DNA of 64,000 nucleotides from Lama glama. Taxonomy: Eukaryota. A model generated the notes under the pieces. The model was not told the DNA's origin. It saw nothing but the letters and a program-made list of their open reading frames with translations, and ran no database searches. The stretch is from the NCBI GenBank assembly GCA_028534125.1, contig CM052837.1, positions 744,001-808,000 of the forward strand, in the 5' to 3' direction. Positions 33,269 through 47,000 of this stretch are shown here, one piece after another. A program made the position numbers and the translations under genes. How positions within the stretch are numbered: the first letter of the stretch is position 1; the number at the start of each line of letters is the position of its first letter.

Positions 33269-36200
33269 ACACATCTCTCAGTGTTTCCCAATGGGTGTTA
33301 CCATTTATTGCATAGGAAACTGGCCAAAGCCAGGAATCTCCAGTGAAGAGAGGGGCGTCTCCTGCTCCTGGCAGATGCAGAAACTTCTGGAAGGCCTCCC
33401 TGGCTCCTGGGAGCACTGGGCTGGTCTGGAATGCTAGGTAGCTGCACGCATAGGGTGGTGTCTCTGAAGTGTGCATCCTGAGTGGTTGCTCAGAATGTCG
33501 TCATAACTCCTAAGCTGTGATGCAGCTTTGAAATCAGAAAGCAAACGAAGGGCTGTTGGGTATGGAGCGGTGGAGCGCAGGGGAGTCACCAGGTCTCCTG
33601 GGCATCGGGGAACCTTCTTGACAATGCTCATCTCTTAGGAGAGATGACAGAACCTTCAGAGCTCAGGGAGGTCAGTGTTGTGAACTGTCACTCAGGCACA
33701 GCCAGCTGTCAGGCTTCTGGACGACTTTCAGGAGAAGCTGAAGTAGGAAATATTCCTCAACATGCCTTGAACTGAAAGGCTCCGGACCCCGGGCCAAGCT
33801 TCTGAGCTGCCCTGCAGTGCCGCGCGGGATGCCCACCGCTCAGTGGGGCTCCTTCCAGGACCACCTTCAGGTCAAACTGTGAAATGCTCACTCTCGTTGC
33901 ACGTTGATGGCAACACTCACGGTGGAGAGTGGTGGACCCCATGTGACATCCATGTAATTAACTGAGTCTTTTCTTTTCTCCCTGCACAATCTGTTATTAA
34001 ATCTTTTGTCTTGAACTGACAACATCCAGGAATTGAAATGCGGCCACGTCTTCTGCCAGGAGTCTTGTGGGCTTGGGAGCACAGGGGACGGCTACTCAGA
34101 TGTGCCACGTGGATGTGAAAGGTGAGGCTCTAAGAAAAGTGTGAGCTGGTATCAGAAATAGCGGGAGAGGGACTCAAGACCAGGTGTGTTTCTGGGCGGG
34201 TGCTGTGGTGAGTTTAGGAGGGGGAGGAGACGTGTCAATGCCGGAAAGCCGGAGCGCTCGGCGCCCGCCTGGGGCCGCCCTCTGATGCTCCGGTGCGGAG
34301 ACGGCGCCGGGTGGGCTGAGCTGGCGTAGAGCCCAGGCTGGGATCCCCACTCCCAGTTCGCAGTCTCGCCTCTGCGTCCCTCGAGGCACTTTGGAACGAG
34401 TCGAGGAGGATGGGAGGGGGATGCGTGGTAGCAGCCTCTGTGGTGCCAGGGCACCTGTTGCGCTGCTGCGCGAGAACTGCCCCAACCGCGGCGGCTTAGA
34501 GTCTCACCCTCTGCTGGCTCACGCTTCCGAGGGCTGTCCCCTGGGCTCGGCGGGTGTCCCGGTCTGTGGCTGTCCGGAGCCTCGCCCACGTCTGGGGTTG
34601 GTGGGCTGTGGAGAGGGGTGACGGGCCAGCTGGGCCGTGAGCCTCTCCCCTGCCCCTGCCCCGGGCTGGCCCAGGACTCTTCACAGAGCTGGTGGCGCCC
34701 ACGGCGGCCCCGCGCACACAGCTTTCCGAGCCCACGTCGCTTAGCCAGGAGCTCCTTGACCAGAGCTGGGCGCGTGGCCCAGGTCCCAGAGGTGGGAGAC
34801 AGCCTGCACCTTGTGGCGAGTGGTGCTGTGACGTCCCTTGGAGACCCGGATGCATGGCAGCGGGAGACATTTGGGGTCATTTTTTGCAGTCAGCTGCCCC
34901 TGGAAATAAGATCTGTCTGTAGGCCCAGGACCGCGGGTTGAATCCTGATTTGAGCTCAGCGGGGCCGCAGGAGTGGCCCCAGGCGAGGGAGAGGCTGAGT
35001 GCTGGGCAGTGAGTGGGGGAGCCGGGCTCAGACCCTGCCGGCACTGCAGAGGGCGTGCGCGGGGAGGGGTCCGCCGGGGCGCAGCGTCGTCGCTCCTGGC
35101 ACTGTCCTCACACAGGAGCCTGGTCTCCTCGTGGACGTGAGCGCGAGGAGGGGTAACGGGCCAGGACGTGTCTGCACGCTCCGCGTGCTTTCCTGAGCAG
35201 AGACGGCAGGTTACTGTTCCTGAAGACAGTTGGAGAGACTGTCCGAGCTGCTGGGTGCTTTTCTCAAGAAGGCTGAGGGGCATGGCACAATCTAGATTCT
35301 GAGCCACAACCAGCTGGAGCTGGGAGGCTGCAGGGCGCCACGCGAGGGGTGGCTGGCGCTTCCTCCCTTGTCCGAGGGCATCTGTCACCGGATGCCCCAG
35401 ATCCCCTGGACGGGTCCCTCTGGCGCCCTGGCCCTCCTCCTTGCTCTGATGACTTGCACCGGCCTATTTCTTTAGTCTCACTCGCATCCTGGGACGCGGG
35501 CTCCTCCTCTGCTCAGCTCCAGGCCTTAAAGCCAGAGCCCGGAGCGACCCCAGCACGTCTAGGACCCCAGACACACATGGGACAGTGGAAGGCGAAGGCT
35601 CAGTTGCAGTGTCCAGCTGGGGTAGGTCCTTTGCTACGCCTTTCCCAGCAATCAGCCCCCTCGTGCCGGGCAGCCGGAGACCAAGCGGGACCGAGATCAG
35701 GTTCAGGGTCCCCCTGCCCTCCGTGCAGGTGTTCTGGCCCTTCCTGCTGGGCGTCTCCCACCCTGCGTCCATTCCCTCTCCTGATCTGGGCAGTTTATTT
35801 CTTCCCGCTGGACGATCACTTGACCTGAACACAAATTTGGCCTCACTTTGTCTTGGGTATCTCTGGCCGTGTCAGGTATCAACCCAGCCTGCCCACCCCA
35901 CAGCCCCTGTGTCGCCGGCAGGGCTGGTCCTCCACAGTCCGCCCGACCTGCCTTGTCAGGTGGCTTCTTTATCTACTTACTAGTTTCCGTGATCCAGTTA
36001 CGGATCCATAGTGTGTATCTATTATGATCGACAGTATCAGAAAAATCTGTATCTTTGAGAAAATGTGTCTTAGCTGAAAAGTAGGATTGTTTTCAGGACC
36101 ATTGACGAGAAAAATAATTAGGAAAAACTCAGCTTTACAAAAAAAACCTTGCTATCAGGATGGACTGTCAGGCCAGAATGTGTGCCATGTGTTCAAAAAC

Positions 36201-38375
36201 ACTAGCCTCAAAAATGGACTCATACGTCCGCTTTGATCTCCTCAGCAAAGTGGACAGTGTCCCTCCTTCACTAAAACGAAAGATGACCGTGTTTTACTTG
36301 CTGCACAAAAGCTCCCTGTGTCCCAGCCCATCTCTGAAGTAACGAAGAGCCGAGAGGTTGGGCCCCTTGAAAACCTTGCTGGTGCAGAAGTAAGCGTTTA
36401 AACACGGCATTAATTATTAGCATGATTTCGAGCCTTTTTAAAAAGGCCTACAAACTTGTTTCTGGCTCAAGACATTATGGTTTTTGTTGTGTGAGCTTTT
36501 TTTTTCCCCCTATAAAAGAATAGACTTCTATGGCAAAAGCGACCATTTCTGTAATTCTGCAGGACGTGGAACTGGAGGGAAAAAGCATGAATGAAAGCAC
36601 GTTCATTTTTGTGATGTCCAGTTTATCACTCACATTTCAGGAAAAGAACGCCTGTGAAATAAAGGCGCTCGCTCAGGCAGGCGCCGGGACCTGTCTCTGC
36701 GCTGTGTGCGCCGGGCGACTGTCACGCACATCCGCACGGCCCCTAGGTGTCCCGGGAGCTGGTCCTTCCCGGGGCCCCTCAGACATGGTTCGCTTGCTGT
36801 CAGGGCATCGCCGGCTGCACCTCCATCCGCCTGCAGGCAGGCTCGACTCCAACATCCCCAGTCCCAGGACACAAAACTGGGACCTGTCCTCCCTTCGAGG
36901 AGGGGTCGTCCTCCTGTGTCCCTGTTGCCTGGACCGCTTCCCGCCTGGCGCTCTGTCTTATCCGTCTTACTTGTTACACCTGCTGGCCTGGGCGCTGTCC
37001 GGGGGCAGGACGGTGTGCAGGCGTGGGGCGGGGCAGTTACTCTGTGCTGCGTGTATCCTCAGCTCCCGGGCGGCAGCTGCACGAGCGCTGTCCGTGGTCG
37101 GACGAGGACGCGTCGCGGAGCAGAGCGCACACACTGCGAGCACCGTGGGACGCTCCTGTGCAGAGCCTCTTCCTGGAATGTGGGTGTATCATCTAAACTC
37201 GTTCTCCTTCCCACACAGATGTGTTTGATAATTAAAAGCTTACATTGCCCATAACATTATATTGTAAAAACCTGTTGTGGCTTTCACTGCTGCGGGCTCT
37301 TGGCAGCAGCTCCTGTCCGGTGCGGGCTCGCTGACCGGCTTGGGTGGTGGTGTCCCGGCTGCCCGCAGGGGCGCGGGGCCCAGCCCGCCGCCCGCCGCCC
37401 GCCTCTCCCGCACGCAAACCAGCTGCACAACAACGTTTTGTCTCGTCAAGAAACCCTGTTTGAGCACAAAAAACCCAACAGGTAAGGAAAGACACCTCAC
37501 TGTTTCACTGAGACGCAGTTTTCCACGGAAATGTGTCTCTTTTCTGAAAACGGTTTAACTGCTCCCTAAGTACCAAGACGAAGGCAAATTCTGAAGCAGC
37601 ACCAGGATGAGTGTCCCCTGTGAGACGTCCCCTCGGCCACCCTGTCCTCGGGACGGCGTGTGGGTGGCGGGGACGTGCAGGCGGGAGCAGCAGGGTGGGC
37701 ACCACAGCCCGACCACGTGCAGAGGCGGCAGCTCCGAGGGGGTCGCGTGGGAGGGGAGTGGGGGCTTGGCTCTGAACCACACCCCCGACCCAGTTTGGCC
37801 CTGATTTGTTTGCTTTTTCACCTTCCAGGTGACTGGTCCAGCCTTCCTCCCCTTTCCTGTGGTCTTTGGGTTTGATGGTGTTTCCCGTTTCCGGCGTCAG
37901 CTTCCCCTACCCTCGGGTGGGTCTGGGGCCTGACCCCGCTCTCCTGCCCTGCCAGGCCCTCCCGGCTGGGAGCACGGCCCTCTTCCTGTGAGCAGGGCCG
38001 GGTGGCACTCGGAGCCCCCCGGGCCTTCAGGACCCAGGCCAGGCCCCGGTCACACCGGCCAAGTGGCAGAACTGATGCCACGTCTGGGCCTCCTGGGCGG
38101 GGGCTTCCTCCCGACCACAGTGCACTTGGACTCGCTGACCATGGGGCCCCGTCCGAGGGCTGCCCACAGGGTGGAAGGATGAACGCTCCCCACACTTGGC
38201 ACCACCCTTGCAGCCCAGCGGCTGACCGACGGATGTACGGCGTCCCCTCTGCTCCCGGGTGGTGCCGGGCACCAGTCCTCCCAGCCCCGTCGGTGCCTGG
38301 AGCCCAGTCCCAGCTGAGGTTCCGGGACTTCCTGTGTGGGCGTCGCTGTCACTCCTTTCAAAGAAAGCGCATTCC

Positions 38376-38526
38376 TTTTTGTTTGTTTGTTTGTTTTCGA
38401 GGGGGAGGTAATTAGGTTTTTATTTATTTATTAATTTGTCTGTTTTTTAATGGAGGCACCAGGGGTTGAACCCAGGACCTCATGCATGCTAAGCACGTGC
38501 TCTGCCACTGAGCTACACCGTCCCCC
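38376..38526 (-). mobile_element. Camelid tRNA-derived SINE (Vic-1 type)
   Basis: Minus strand reads GGGGGACGGTGTAGCTCAGTGGCAGAGCACGTGCTTAGCATGCATGAGGTCCTGGGTTCAACCCC...AAACCTAATTACCTCCCCC plus an (AAAC)n tail. Pol III A and B boxes are visible. Confidence 0.92.
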
Positions 38527-41500
38527 AACAATCTTTCCATTTTATCAGTAAAAATTAAACACGGGAGCGGGGAAGGAGGGAGGTGCCTGAAGGCTTGGCT
38601 CCTGGAGCAGAAACGAGATTGGAGGGAGGAACACCCACAAACCCTGCTCGCCCTCTGGAGTGGGGAGCGGCAACTCCTTGCTTCTCGGGTTTCCTGCGTA
38701 AGTGGAGATGCTGATCCCGGATGGCGCCTCGAGCCCAGGGTGCTGGAGGAAGGGCGTGGCCCGGTGTGGTGAGGGTGCGGGTCCACGGCTGGAAGAAACA
38801 GAAACGGTGCAGCCGATGCTCGGGGTGCTTTGGGTATCCCTTAATGACACCACGCTGACTCACATGAACCCTGCTCCAGCAGAGGAGTGCTCCCAACGCC
38901 GCCTTTCCCCCAGGCACAGGCCCGCCTTCCTCATTGACAGTCGTCCTGGGTGACACACGCCCGCTGACCGCAGCCACAGGGCCCCCGGGGGGTTAAGTGG
39001 GCCGAGGGCCCTGGGCTGAAGCCTGCGCGCCCTCAAGGATGCCGCCCCCACCCAGAGCGCCGGGGACGGTGGGAGACGCGTCCTCCTGGCTTGTCTCAGC
39101 CTGGACTGCGTGCGCTTCTCTCCCGAGCTCTCCGCCCCCAGGGCCGCACAGGGCTGTCCTCGGTCTGCCTCGTGCGCTATGCCTGCGTCACGCCTGCTCG
39201 GGGCGAGTCACGTCGGGAGGCACCGGCCTCGCTGCCGGCTGAGGGCTGCCTTCTCCTCTGGGTCCGACGCCGCCCGGCCCTCGTGCGTTTGCCGTGTGTC
39301 CCAGTTCCGCCGAAGCAGCCGCCTTCTCCTCGCGGTTACTGGATCACTGTTCCGTCTTCTCTTGAGACTAAGTGGACTAATTTTGTCAGCCTTTCTTCCA
39401 AGACCTATTTTCCAGCCTGCATTGCCGAGGTCACTGCTGGCCTCCCAGCCCCAGCGCGTGCTGCCGAGGTCGGGGCTCTGCTGTGGCGGGGTTGGTGTGA
39501 TACCTGCGGGGGACCCGGAGCGGTGGGTCCTGGCCTCCCCGCCCGCACACCCTGATTCCTCTGCCCAGCGTGCGCCCACTCGCAGCTCCTGTCTCCAGCA
39601 CCTGCACCTCCTTCAGGGGACTCGGGCCACACGGCTGCTCACCCTGCGCTCAGAGAGCTGGGGTCGCCTGTGGGTGGGGTCCCCCCTGGGGGCCAGTGAC
39701 CAGTGATGGGCAGGCGGGGGCGTGACAGCCCAGCTCCCTTCCTTGGCAGGACAGGACAAAGCAGAGCTGTCGCCTGCCCTCCAGAGCCTTGGGGTCAGGC
39801 TGAGGCCCCCCCTGTGGGACTGTCCTGAGGTCCTGCCCCGGTGTGACCGCCTCCCTCCCCATCCCCTCTCCTGCTCCTCCTGACCCAACCGGGACGTCTT
39901 CTGTCATCAGTCACTCGCCCCTGGGTCCCACCTCGGGGTGTGACTCTGGGAGAACCTGCCCAAGACACCTGGGGTTCAAGCCTCAACCGAGTCCCCAGTA
40001 GCCTCCAGGGAAACCCTCACGCCCGCCGCCCACCGCCGTGGACGGAGTTTTGGCCGGTTCGAACCTCTGAGCCCCGGCAGCTGAGGCCGCTGCGGCACGT
40101 CTTCCTGCGCCTGGGAAAGAGGGCTCTGGGCTTAGCGACTGCGTGTGTGCGCCCGTGTGCGCGTGTGTGCTTGCATGCATGCAGGTGTGTCTGCGAAGAG
40201 AGAGACAGACCCTGGGCAAGCACTTGGCCCCTCCAGGCCTCAGGTCCTAAGTGTGCGATGGGCGCAGTGACCGTCTCTTCGTCACATGGGGAGGAGGACT
40301 TGGCACCACATGTGCAAAGCTCTGGGTCACGCGCACCAGCGTGCTTTAAACCCTCCGTCCTCTGTGGCCGTCCTGTCGGTCCAAGTAGCCTGAGGGCAGC
40401 TTGGGAACTCCTGGCAGGATTCTCCCCCGGCGGTCGGGGTCTAAGAGGCTGCTGGCCTCTGGCTGCCAGGGCTGGTGGGAGTGCGGATCCACACCTCAGC
40501 TTCTTTGACCTTCTGTGAGGGACAAGGCGGTGCCCATGGGGAGGCAGAGGCCCCGACCCCAGGCTGCAGGGGAGCGCGGGGCGCCCCGCACAGGCTGCGG
40601 ATAGTGAGAAGGGGCGGGCCTGGCGCTGCGGGGAGCAGAAGACAGCCGGCCCGGGGGCCAGTGGTGGAAACAAAGGTGAAGTAATTTACTCTTTCCTTTG
40701 GTTCTCGGGGAGAGTGGTGCTTTATAATTAGAGGATTTTGCCCGGGAGGGAATGTCAGAAATTTATGGCACAGAGTCCTGCTCACTGGGTGCCTGAATAC
40801 AGGAGAGAAAAGGACAAAACACTCAGGAAATTAGAAGCCATTTAGAAAATGAATCCCCAGGGGACCTGCTGAATGTCAGTTGCCCGGACGACTTCCGTTT
40901 TCCAGAGGACCTCCCTGTCTCCTTCCCCAGGGGGCCCCCCTTCTGCAGGGGTGGCCAGTCCTGGACTTTCTCCCGCAGGGAGTCCGAGTGGTCGGGGAAC
41001 TGCGGCTCCAGGAGGTGGGGTCTGAACCCACAGGAAGCGTCTTCCTCTGGGTCGGCGGGCAGGTGGGGGACGCAGGTCACTCCCCTGCTGATGGAGGCCC
41101 AGGTATCTCCTTAGATGCCACAGAGGAGATGGTGACACCAGCCTCTGCCTGGAAAGGGCTGATAATCTGGGAGGCTGGGGGTGGGGGAGACAAAACCAGG
41201 AAGACCCAAAGCGAAGAGAGACGTGCTGTGCAGGGTCGCCGAGGGAGGGGACGGGGGCCAGGAGGGGGACAGCGTCCTGGCTCGGCTCCGGTGCGGCCCG
41301 CACGGCCCCGCCCACCGCTGGGGGAGCCTCTGCACAGACCAGTGGGCTCCCCGCAAGAGCTATTTCATTGCACATTTGGTTTAAAATACTTGAAGTCACG
41401 AGCACACTTGCAGACAATGTGTTTCATTTCCACGTAGCTTCATGGTCCATGTCCATTTTCATGATGTTAAAGTTCTTCCCAAAAGATGATTCGACTTTAT

Positions 41501-42760
41501 TTCACCATGAACGTAGCGGCTAAGGAACTGAACCAAGATGCTCGACTTGGGGTCCGGGCTCGGGCAGGCGGTTAGTGAGTTGTTGCCGTGGCTGGATTTG
41601 GAGAGAGCATTCACCGCAACCTCCCCAGTCCAGTTCGGAGCTGTGCCATCACACGCTGGCCCTTCTGGTTGGGCTCAGGTGAGGCCCCGGGAGAGCCCGT
41701 GGCCGCAGGCTCTCCTCCGCTCCCGCTCTCCCTCGGCAAAGCGCCGTCCTGCACCGGTCGCTGCGTGTCCGCTTGGCCCACCACCTTGTACACACGGAAC
41801 AACTACCAACCTGTCTGTCTGTTGTCTCTAATCAGCTTCCTGATTTTAATCTCTAATTAGATGTGGCATCACAGTGTCGTATTGTTTGGAACAAATCATT
41901 TGATTCACTAATACGTTCATATTCTTAGTATGTCTCGCTTTTTGCAAAAATATCAGATTGATTCATTAAACTGTGCCTAATATATGAGTTGTGTTATAAA
42001 TCGTGCAGGGGTTTAACATTAAAATAAAAACCAGCAGCTAGCTCCGAGGGGCACGGAAGCTGTCCCACCTGCTCCCGGGGTGACTGTGGGGGCCACGGTC
42101 TGCTCTGGTCTTCCCTCGTGAAGGGGCGGATTTCCACCCAGCCCTTCCCAAAGGGACTCCTTCTGTGTGGAGTCCAGCTTGCCTTCCTTCTGAGCAATGC
42201 TGAGAACTGAGACCAGCAGGATTTCTGGCCCCCGCGCCGCCTGGTGCTGGGAGCAGCACGTGAGGAAGCAGACAGGACGCTGTGCAGGCGCCTGCTCCCT
42301 GAGGCCCGGCAGAGACTCCGCCCAGGACTCCTTCCAGACCCCGGGTGCTGCACCCACCAGGCCAAGGCCGCTTCATCAGCCCCCTTACCAATTCCAACCA
42401 CCCCTCACTTTTCGAGACCTGTGGACAGTCCCTGTGCCCAGGCCCCGGGGCCCACAGCCCCGCCCCGCCCTTGCCCTTTGAGCGTGGCAGCGGGGGGCCC
42501 CTTTCTGAACCACGGGCTCCATCAGGCTGAGCAGAGGACGGCCTGTGTGGAAAGCAGGGCGTCTCCCCGGAGCAGCCGGCTTGTCCTACATCGGAGCTGT
42601 CGTTCCCCCAAGACCCGCCCTGGGAAAGTGGGTTAGGGTTGGACTTCTCTCAAGATAAATCTGAGTGAGGCTGGCAGACGGCCTGGAACGCGGACAGAGC
42701 AAGGGTGGCGGGAGAGCAGGGAGCCAGCGCGGTAAAGGGGGTGGGGTGAGGCCTTGGGAG

Positions 42761-42935
42761 TGGTGTGCGTGTGAGTGTGTGAGTGGGTGTGTGTGTGAGT
42801 GTGTGTGACCTTGTGTGTGACTGCGTGTTCACATGCATGTGCGCATCTGTGTGTGCAAGCATGACCATGCACGTGTGCGTGTGTGCGCGTGTACATGTAT
42901 ACGTGAGTGTGCACATGTGTGTGTGCATCTGCACA
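42761..42935. repeat. Degenerate (TG)n/(TGCA) microsatellite
   Basis: Directly visible. Confidence 0.92.
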
Positions 42936-43079
42936 TATGTTTATCTGGTGTCATGGAAGGAAAAGTGAAAAATCAGGGTTCACGCAAGCAAGGGACAAGC
43001 TAGAGACAGAAACATTTTACTTCATTTCGCTCTCATGTACTTCATACATTTACACACTATGAAGGAAAACAGGAAAATC

Positions 43080-43490
43080 TTTATGAAGTGTTTGATCTTA
43101 ACCGTTCCTACATTTGAAAGCTCTGCCGATCTGACGGACGACGTGTGGCCATCAGTGTCATTGCTGTTCCGCGGGTCTCACTTTTCCTCTGCCCTCGCTG
43201 GCCACTGGAACCGTGTGTTCTGGGAATTTCCTGGTCTCAGGCTGCGCGATTGTTTTCCACCTGGCGCCTGTGACTTTTCTTGCATGCTGCAGTGTCATTT
43301 TTCTGTGATAAAGGTTCTACCCCTCTGCCAGTGACACATGTCAGAAACCACTTTGACAGTTGCATGTGCCAGACTACGTGTTGCTTTTGTTTTGTCCTTC
43401 AGAACGTCTTAATGTTTTTGAAGCAAGGTTCGCATCTTTCTGTTTTCTCGCTTCTGGGTTTCTGTGAGCTCGGAGGGCGGTCTGCACTTC
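43080..43490 (-). mobile_element. Highly decayed old L1 ORF2 fragment
   Basis: Weak resemblance to antisense L1 ORF2 (cccctctgccagtgacacatgtcagaaacc; cttctgggtttctgtg). Confidence 0.4.
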
Positions 43491-43667
43491 GAGGGACGGA
43501 CGCACATTCTGCTGAATCCGCTTTCAGCCCCTCCCAGCCCGCCACACACATCTCACAGACGCCGCGTTTGTAACTGTCGGACCAGATGTTTTGTTGAATT
43601 TGGCTCATTAATTAGTCCAGAATGTATTTTTATCCGTGGAATGGTAGAAACCTCACTTTTCCAAAGT

Positions 43668-44070
43668 TGTGTTCATTTGCTGTTGCCGCTGAAACAAGTC
43701 ACCAAGACTCTGTTTCTGGCTCACGTCGCCAGAAGTCCGACGCGGGCTCCCTGGACCAAGACCAGGACGTGGGGGTCCTCTGCTTCCTGGAGACTCGGGA
43801 AGGACACACCTCACCTTTCCTGCCCCCGGTTCCTCCGTCTCAGGGCCCTTCCCCCTGTTTAAAACAGCACCACGTCACCCCCGCCCTCCTTCAGCCTCTC
43901 CCGGTGGACAGTTCAGCTTTCAAAGGCTCAAGGGGTTGGTTTGGGGGCTCAGGTGTTTGGGGGTCCGCTCCCCACTTCAAGGTCTGTGACCTTCATTGTG
44001 TCTGCGAGTCCTGGTGCCACATAACGTAAGCTGGCGGGGAGGCTGGGGCTGACAGCGCTGCTAATCTGCC
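43668..44070 (-). mobile_element. MLT1D/E-like MaLR solo LTR
   Basis: tgtgttcatttgctgttgccgctgaaacaagtcacca, ccagaagtccgacgcgggctc and ttcaaggtctgtgaccttcattgtgtctgcgagtcc. Confidence 0.65.
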
Positions 44071-47000
44071 ATGGAACGGAGCGGGTTTTCCGGGGTACAG
44101 CGCACTGACTGGCTCACCTCCCCCCGCGGCCTCCCGCGGCCCGCGTGTCTGCGCGCAGGTCTCTCCCGCGACGGTCCATCCCCTCCGGCTCGCCGCCCAG
44201 CGCGGCCCGGGTCAGCCGCCGACTCCCCGGCCTGACTGTGTGGCTGCTCTCAGGTCTGGTAAGACAGCTTTCTCACCACCACTGATGTTTAGAAGTTTTT
44301 ACTATTCTCTTATATTTTCTTTTCCATATTAACTTTATAGACACCTTGCCAAAGTTTATTTAAAGTGACCACAGTACTTTGATAGTGATTTTTAAGTTTG
44401 CTGATGGACTCAAGAGCATTCCCAGCTGCTCGGCGCAGGGCGCGCTGGCGTCCCTTCCCGTTCCTCTGTCCTCCCGCGAGGGCGGGCCAGCTGGCGCGTG
44501 GGCGCGGCTTCCCCTGGCCTGCCGCCTGCGCTGCTTGGTCTGCGTGTTCCCGGGCCTTCCGCTGTGCTTTCACTCCTCTGCTGCAGTCGCTTTCCCTCCG
44601 GGCCGCGGCCGGTGCCCAGCACCGCTGGCCTCTCCGTGCAGAGCTGGTGCCAAGGCTCCTTCCCGTCCCGTATTAGTCCCACCCCTGCTCAGCGGGTCCC
44701 AGCCGAGCTCTGAAGTAGACGGATACTCGGAGGTCTAATTCCAGAAACACAGATTGAGGTTGTTAATCATTTCCTCTCTGTTGTACAGTTTTGCCCTCAG
44801 GAGCTCCCACCGCCGAGAGAAAAGGCCGAGTTAAATACTTTCATTAGCAGAACGTGCCTTCGCCCTCCTCGCAGTTCATTCAGGAGGAAAAAGAGTGGAA
44901 GCTGGAGGGCGGCTGGGAAGGCTCGGGAGTTCCCGCAGGAGAGGGCTGGAGGGGAGGCCGGCGGGAGCCAGGGCCCTACCTGCTGTGCGCTCTGCCCCTG
45001 GGGCCGACTTCCACCCGGCCCACACGGAGCCCGCAGGGTGGAGGCAGGGTGTCCCCTCAGTCTGAGATCCCCGAGTCTGAGCTCTGTAACAGGCACCTCA
45101 CTGAGCCTGCTTTAATGATCAGAATTCTCCGCTGGATCGGCCACGCATCCAGTTAGGACGTGCCCATGTCACCGGAGAGCGGGCAGGGACGCGGGGTCCC
45201 CGGACCCCGGCCGCGGGAGGCCATGTGCAGACGCGCGTCTAGGAGGGAAAGACGGCCCGGCCGTCCCTGCGCATGGCCAGCACTGGGGGCGGCTCCAGCG
45301 ACACTCGCACAGCCCTTCTGGGTCTGAAGGCATACGATCCTGGGCTCCAACACCCGAGACAAGGTCAAAACCCTAGAGCTCTGGTTTCCGGTGAGAGGGG
45401 CAGCTACACACCACGTGGTGAGCGGGGCTCAGGTCCCAGCTCTGCTGCGTGCCGGTCGCAGGACTGGGGAAAACAGCCTCGCCCGCAGTGCAAGTGTGTG
45501 CGCCTCGTGTGCACACACATGCACTGCCGTCTCGGCGGAAGGTCCTCAGTGAAGCGTTTCTGCATTGACTGAGGTCGGTTGCCCGGGAACACAGCCTGAG
45601 CATGAGATTTATAGCCAGAAGGCTCTCAGGAGGAACCTGCAAGGGAGTGAGGGGATCCGGCAGGGAATCTGGGCAGAGACGTGGTTCAGGAGAAGTGTGA
45701 CCTCAGCCTGGTCCCGCTGGGCGCTGGGCCATCAGTGCTTCCGAGGCAGCCGTCCACCCAGAAGCAGGGGCTGAGCTGCTCGCCCGACATCGCCCGTGGG
45801 GGCTGGGGTCGCCTCCCAGCGTCTCCAGGTGAAGGGTTTGCCTGGCCCAGAGCAGCCCCCGGAGAAGCCCACCTCCCGGCCGCAGCCCAGGCTTGGATGC
45901 CAGGTCCAGTTCAAGGTCAGTGACAGCATCTGCTAACAGTGTTTGAGGACTGTTCGCTTGAGAATGAGAACAACAGCAGCGGGAGAATCGTCCGCCTCAG
46001 CCCCGAGGCAGCCCGGCCTCAGGCAGCTGTGTTACCAAGGACAAGGGCAAACTTTCCCAAACGCGCTTCTGTCTGAGTTGCCCGCTGATGAGCGCAGCCT
46101 GGTTATGTGACGGAAAACAGAAACGGCTCCACTCGCATCTGTGGCGTCTCTCAGTTTGTGAGGCGCCTCTGCCATTAGGCAGAGCACCGCACGTCACCAC
46201 GCTTTTTCTGAGAGACGTGAACCCAGGAAGGCTGGGGCAGAACCTGGCCTGGAGGCTGGACGGGGTGTCACGGCCGCTCCCTCACCTGGCAGAAGTCCCG
46301 CCACTTGTCCCCGTGTCCCGGAGACTCGGCCACCTCTTGCCTGAGCCTCCGAGGGGCCTGGGGCCTAACTCCACTTGACCTCTGGCCTCTGACCCTCCAT
46401 CCTGCCTGCCGGTTTTCTGAATACGCTGTTGTCCCCACAGGCCCTGCTGGGAAGGAGCTGGGCTGGGGCCTGGGCCTCCCCAGTCCCGGTTCCCCCGTCA
46501 CTTCCGACGTAGAGGCCGCTGCTGGCCTTCGGGCCTGCAGAAGCAGCGCCAGGGGAAGGAGCCGGGGACCCTCCTGCACAGGTCGCCCCCCAGAGCAGGT
46601 CACTGACGCCTCGGCTTCAGAGGTTGCAGAAGCAGCCGAGGGGAGCTGCCCAGATGCTGCACAGGCTGGTCTGAGGGCCGACAGGAAACTCCCCACGGCG
46701 CAGCAAGGGGCGCGGATCCGTGATTTTGACACAAACAGCCCTTGGAGCTCCAGAGGGCGCAGCTCAGGCGGGACCCTCTCTGTCCCCGAGTCCCTCCCCG
46801 AGTCCCTCTGGGGCGTGGGCTCGACGCTGTTCACTGTCTCCGAGTGTCTGGGGTCCAGATGCTTTCTGGGCAAACGCTCGCAGTGAGTGACGCTTGGGGC
46901 CGGGCTGCAGACAGCGTGATCTGTTTCCCCGTAACTGGTCTTTCGGGGGCATGTGAGGCGGCCCATGTGCCTCCTGCAGCTCCAGGGCCGTTTGCTGCTC

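Noticed and set aside
38450-38526. tRNA gene
   Set aside because: The A/B boxes belong to a tRNA-derived SINE head followed by a SINE body and A-rich tail; no convincing acceptor stem.
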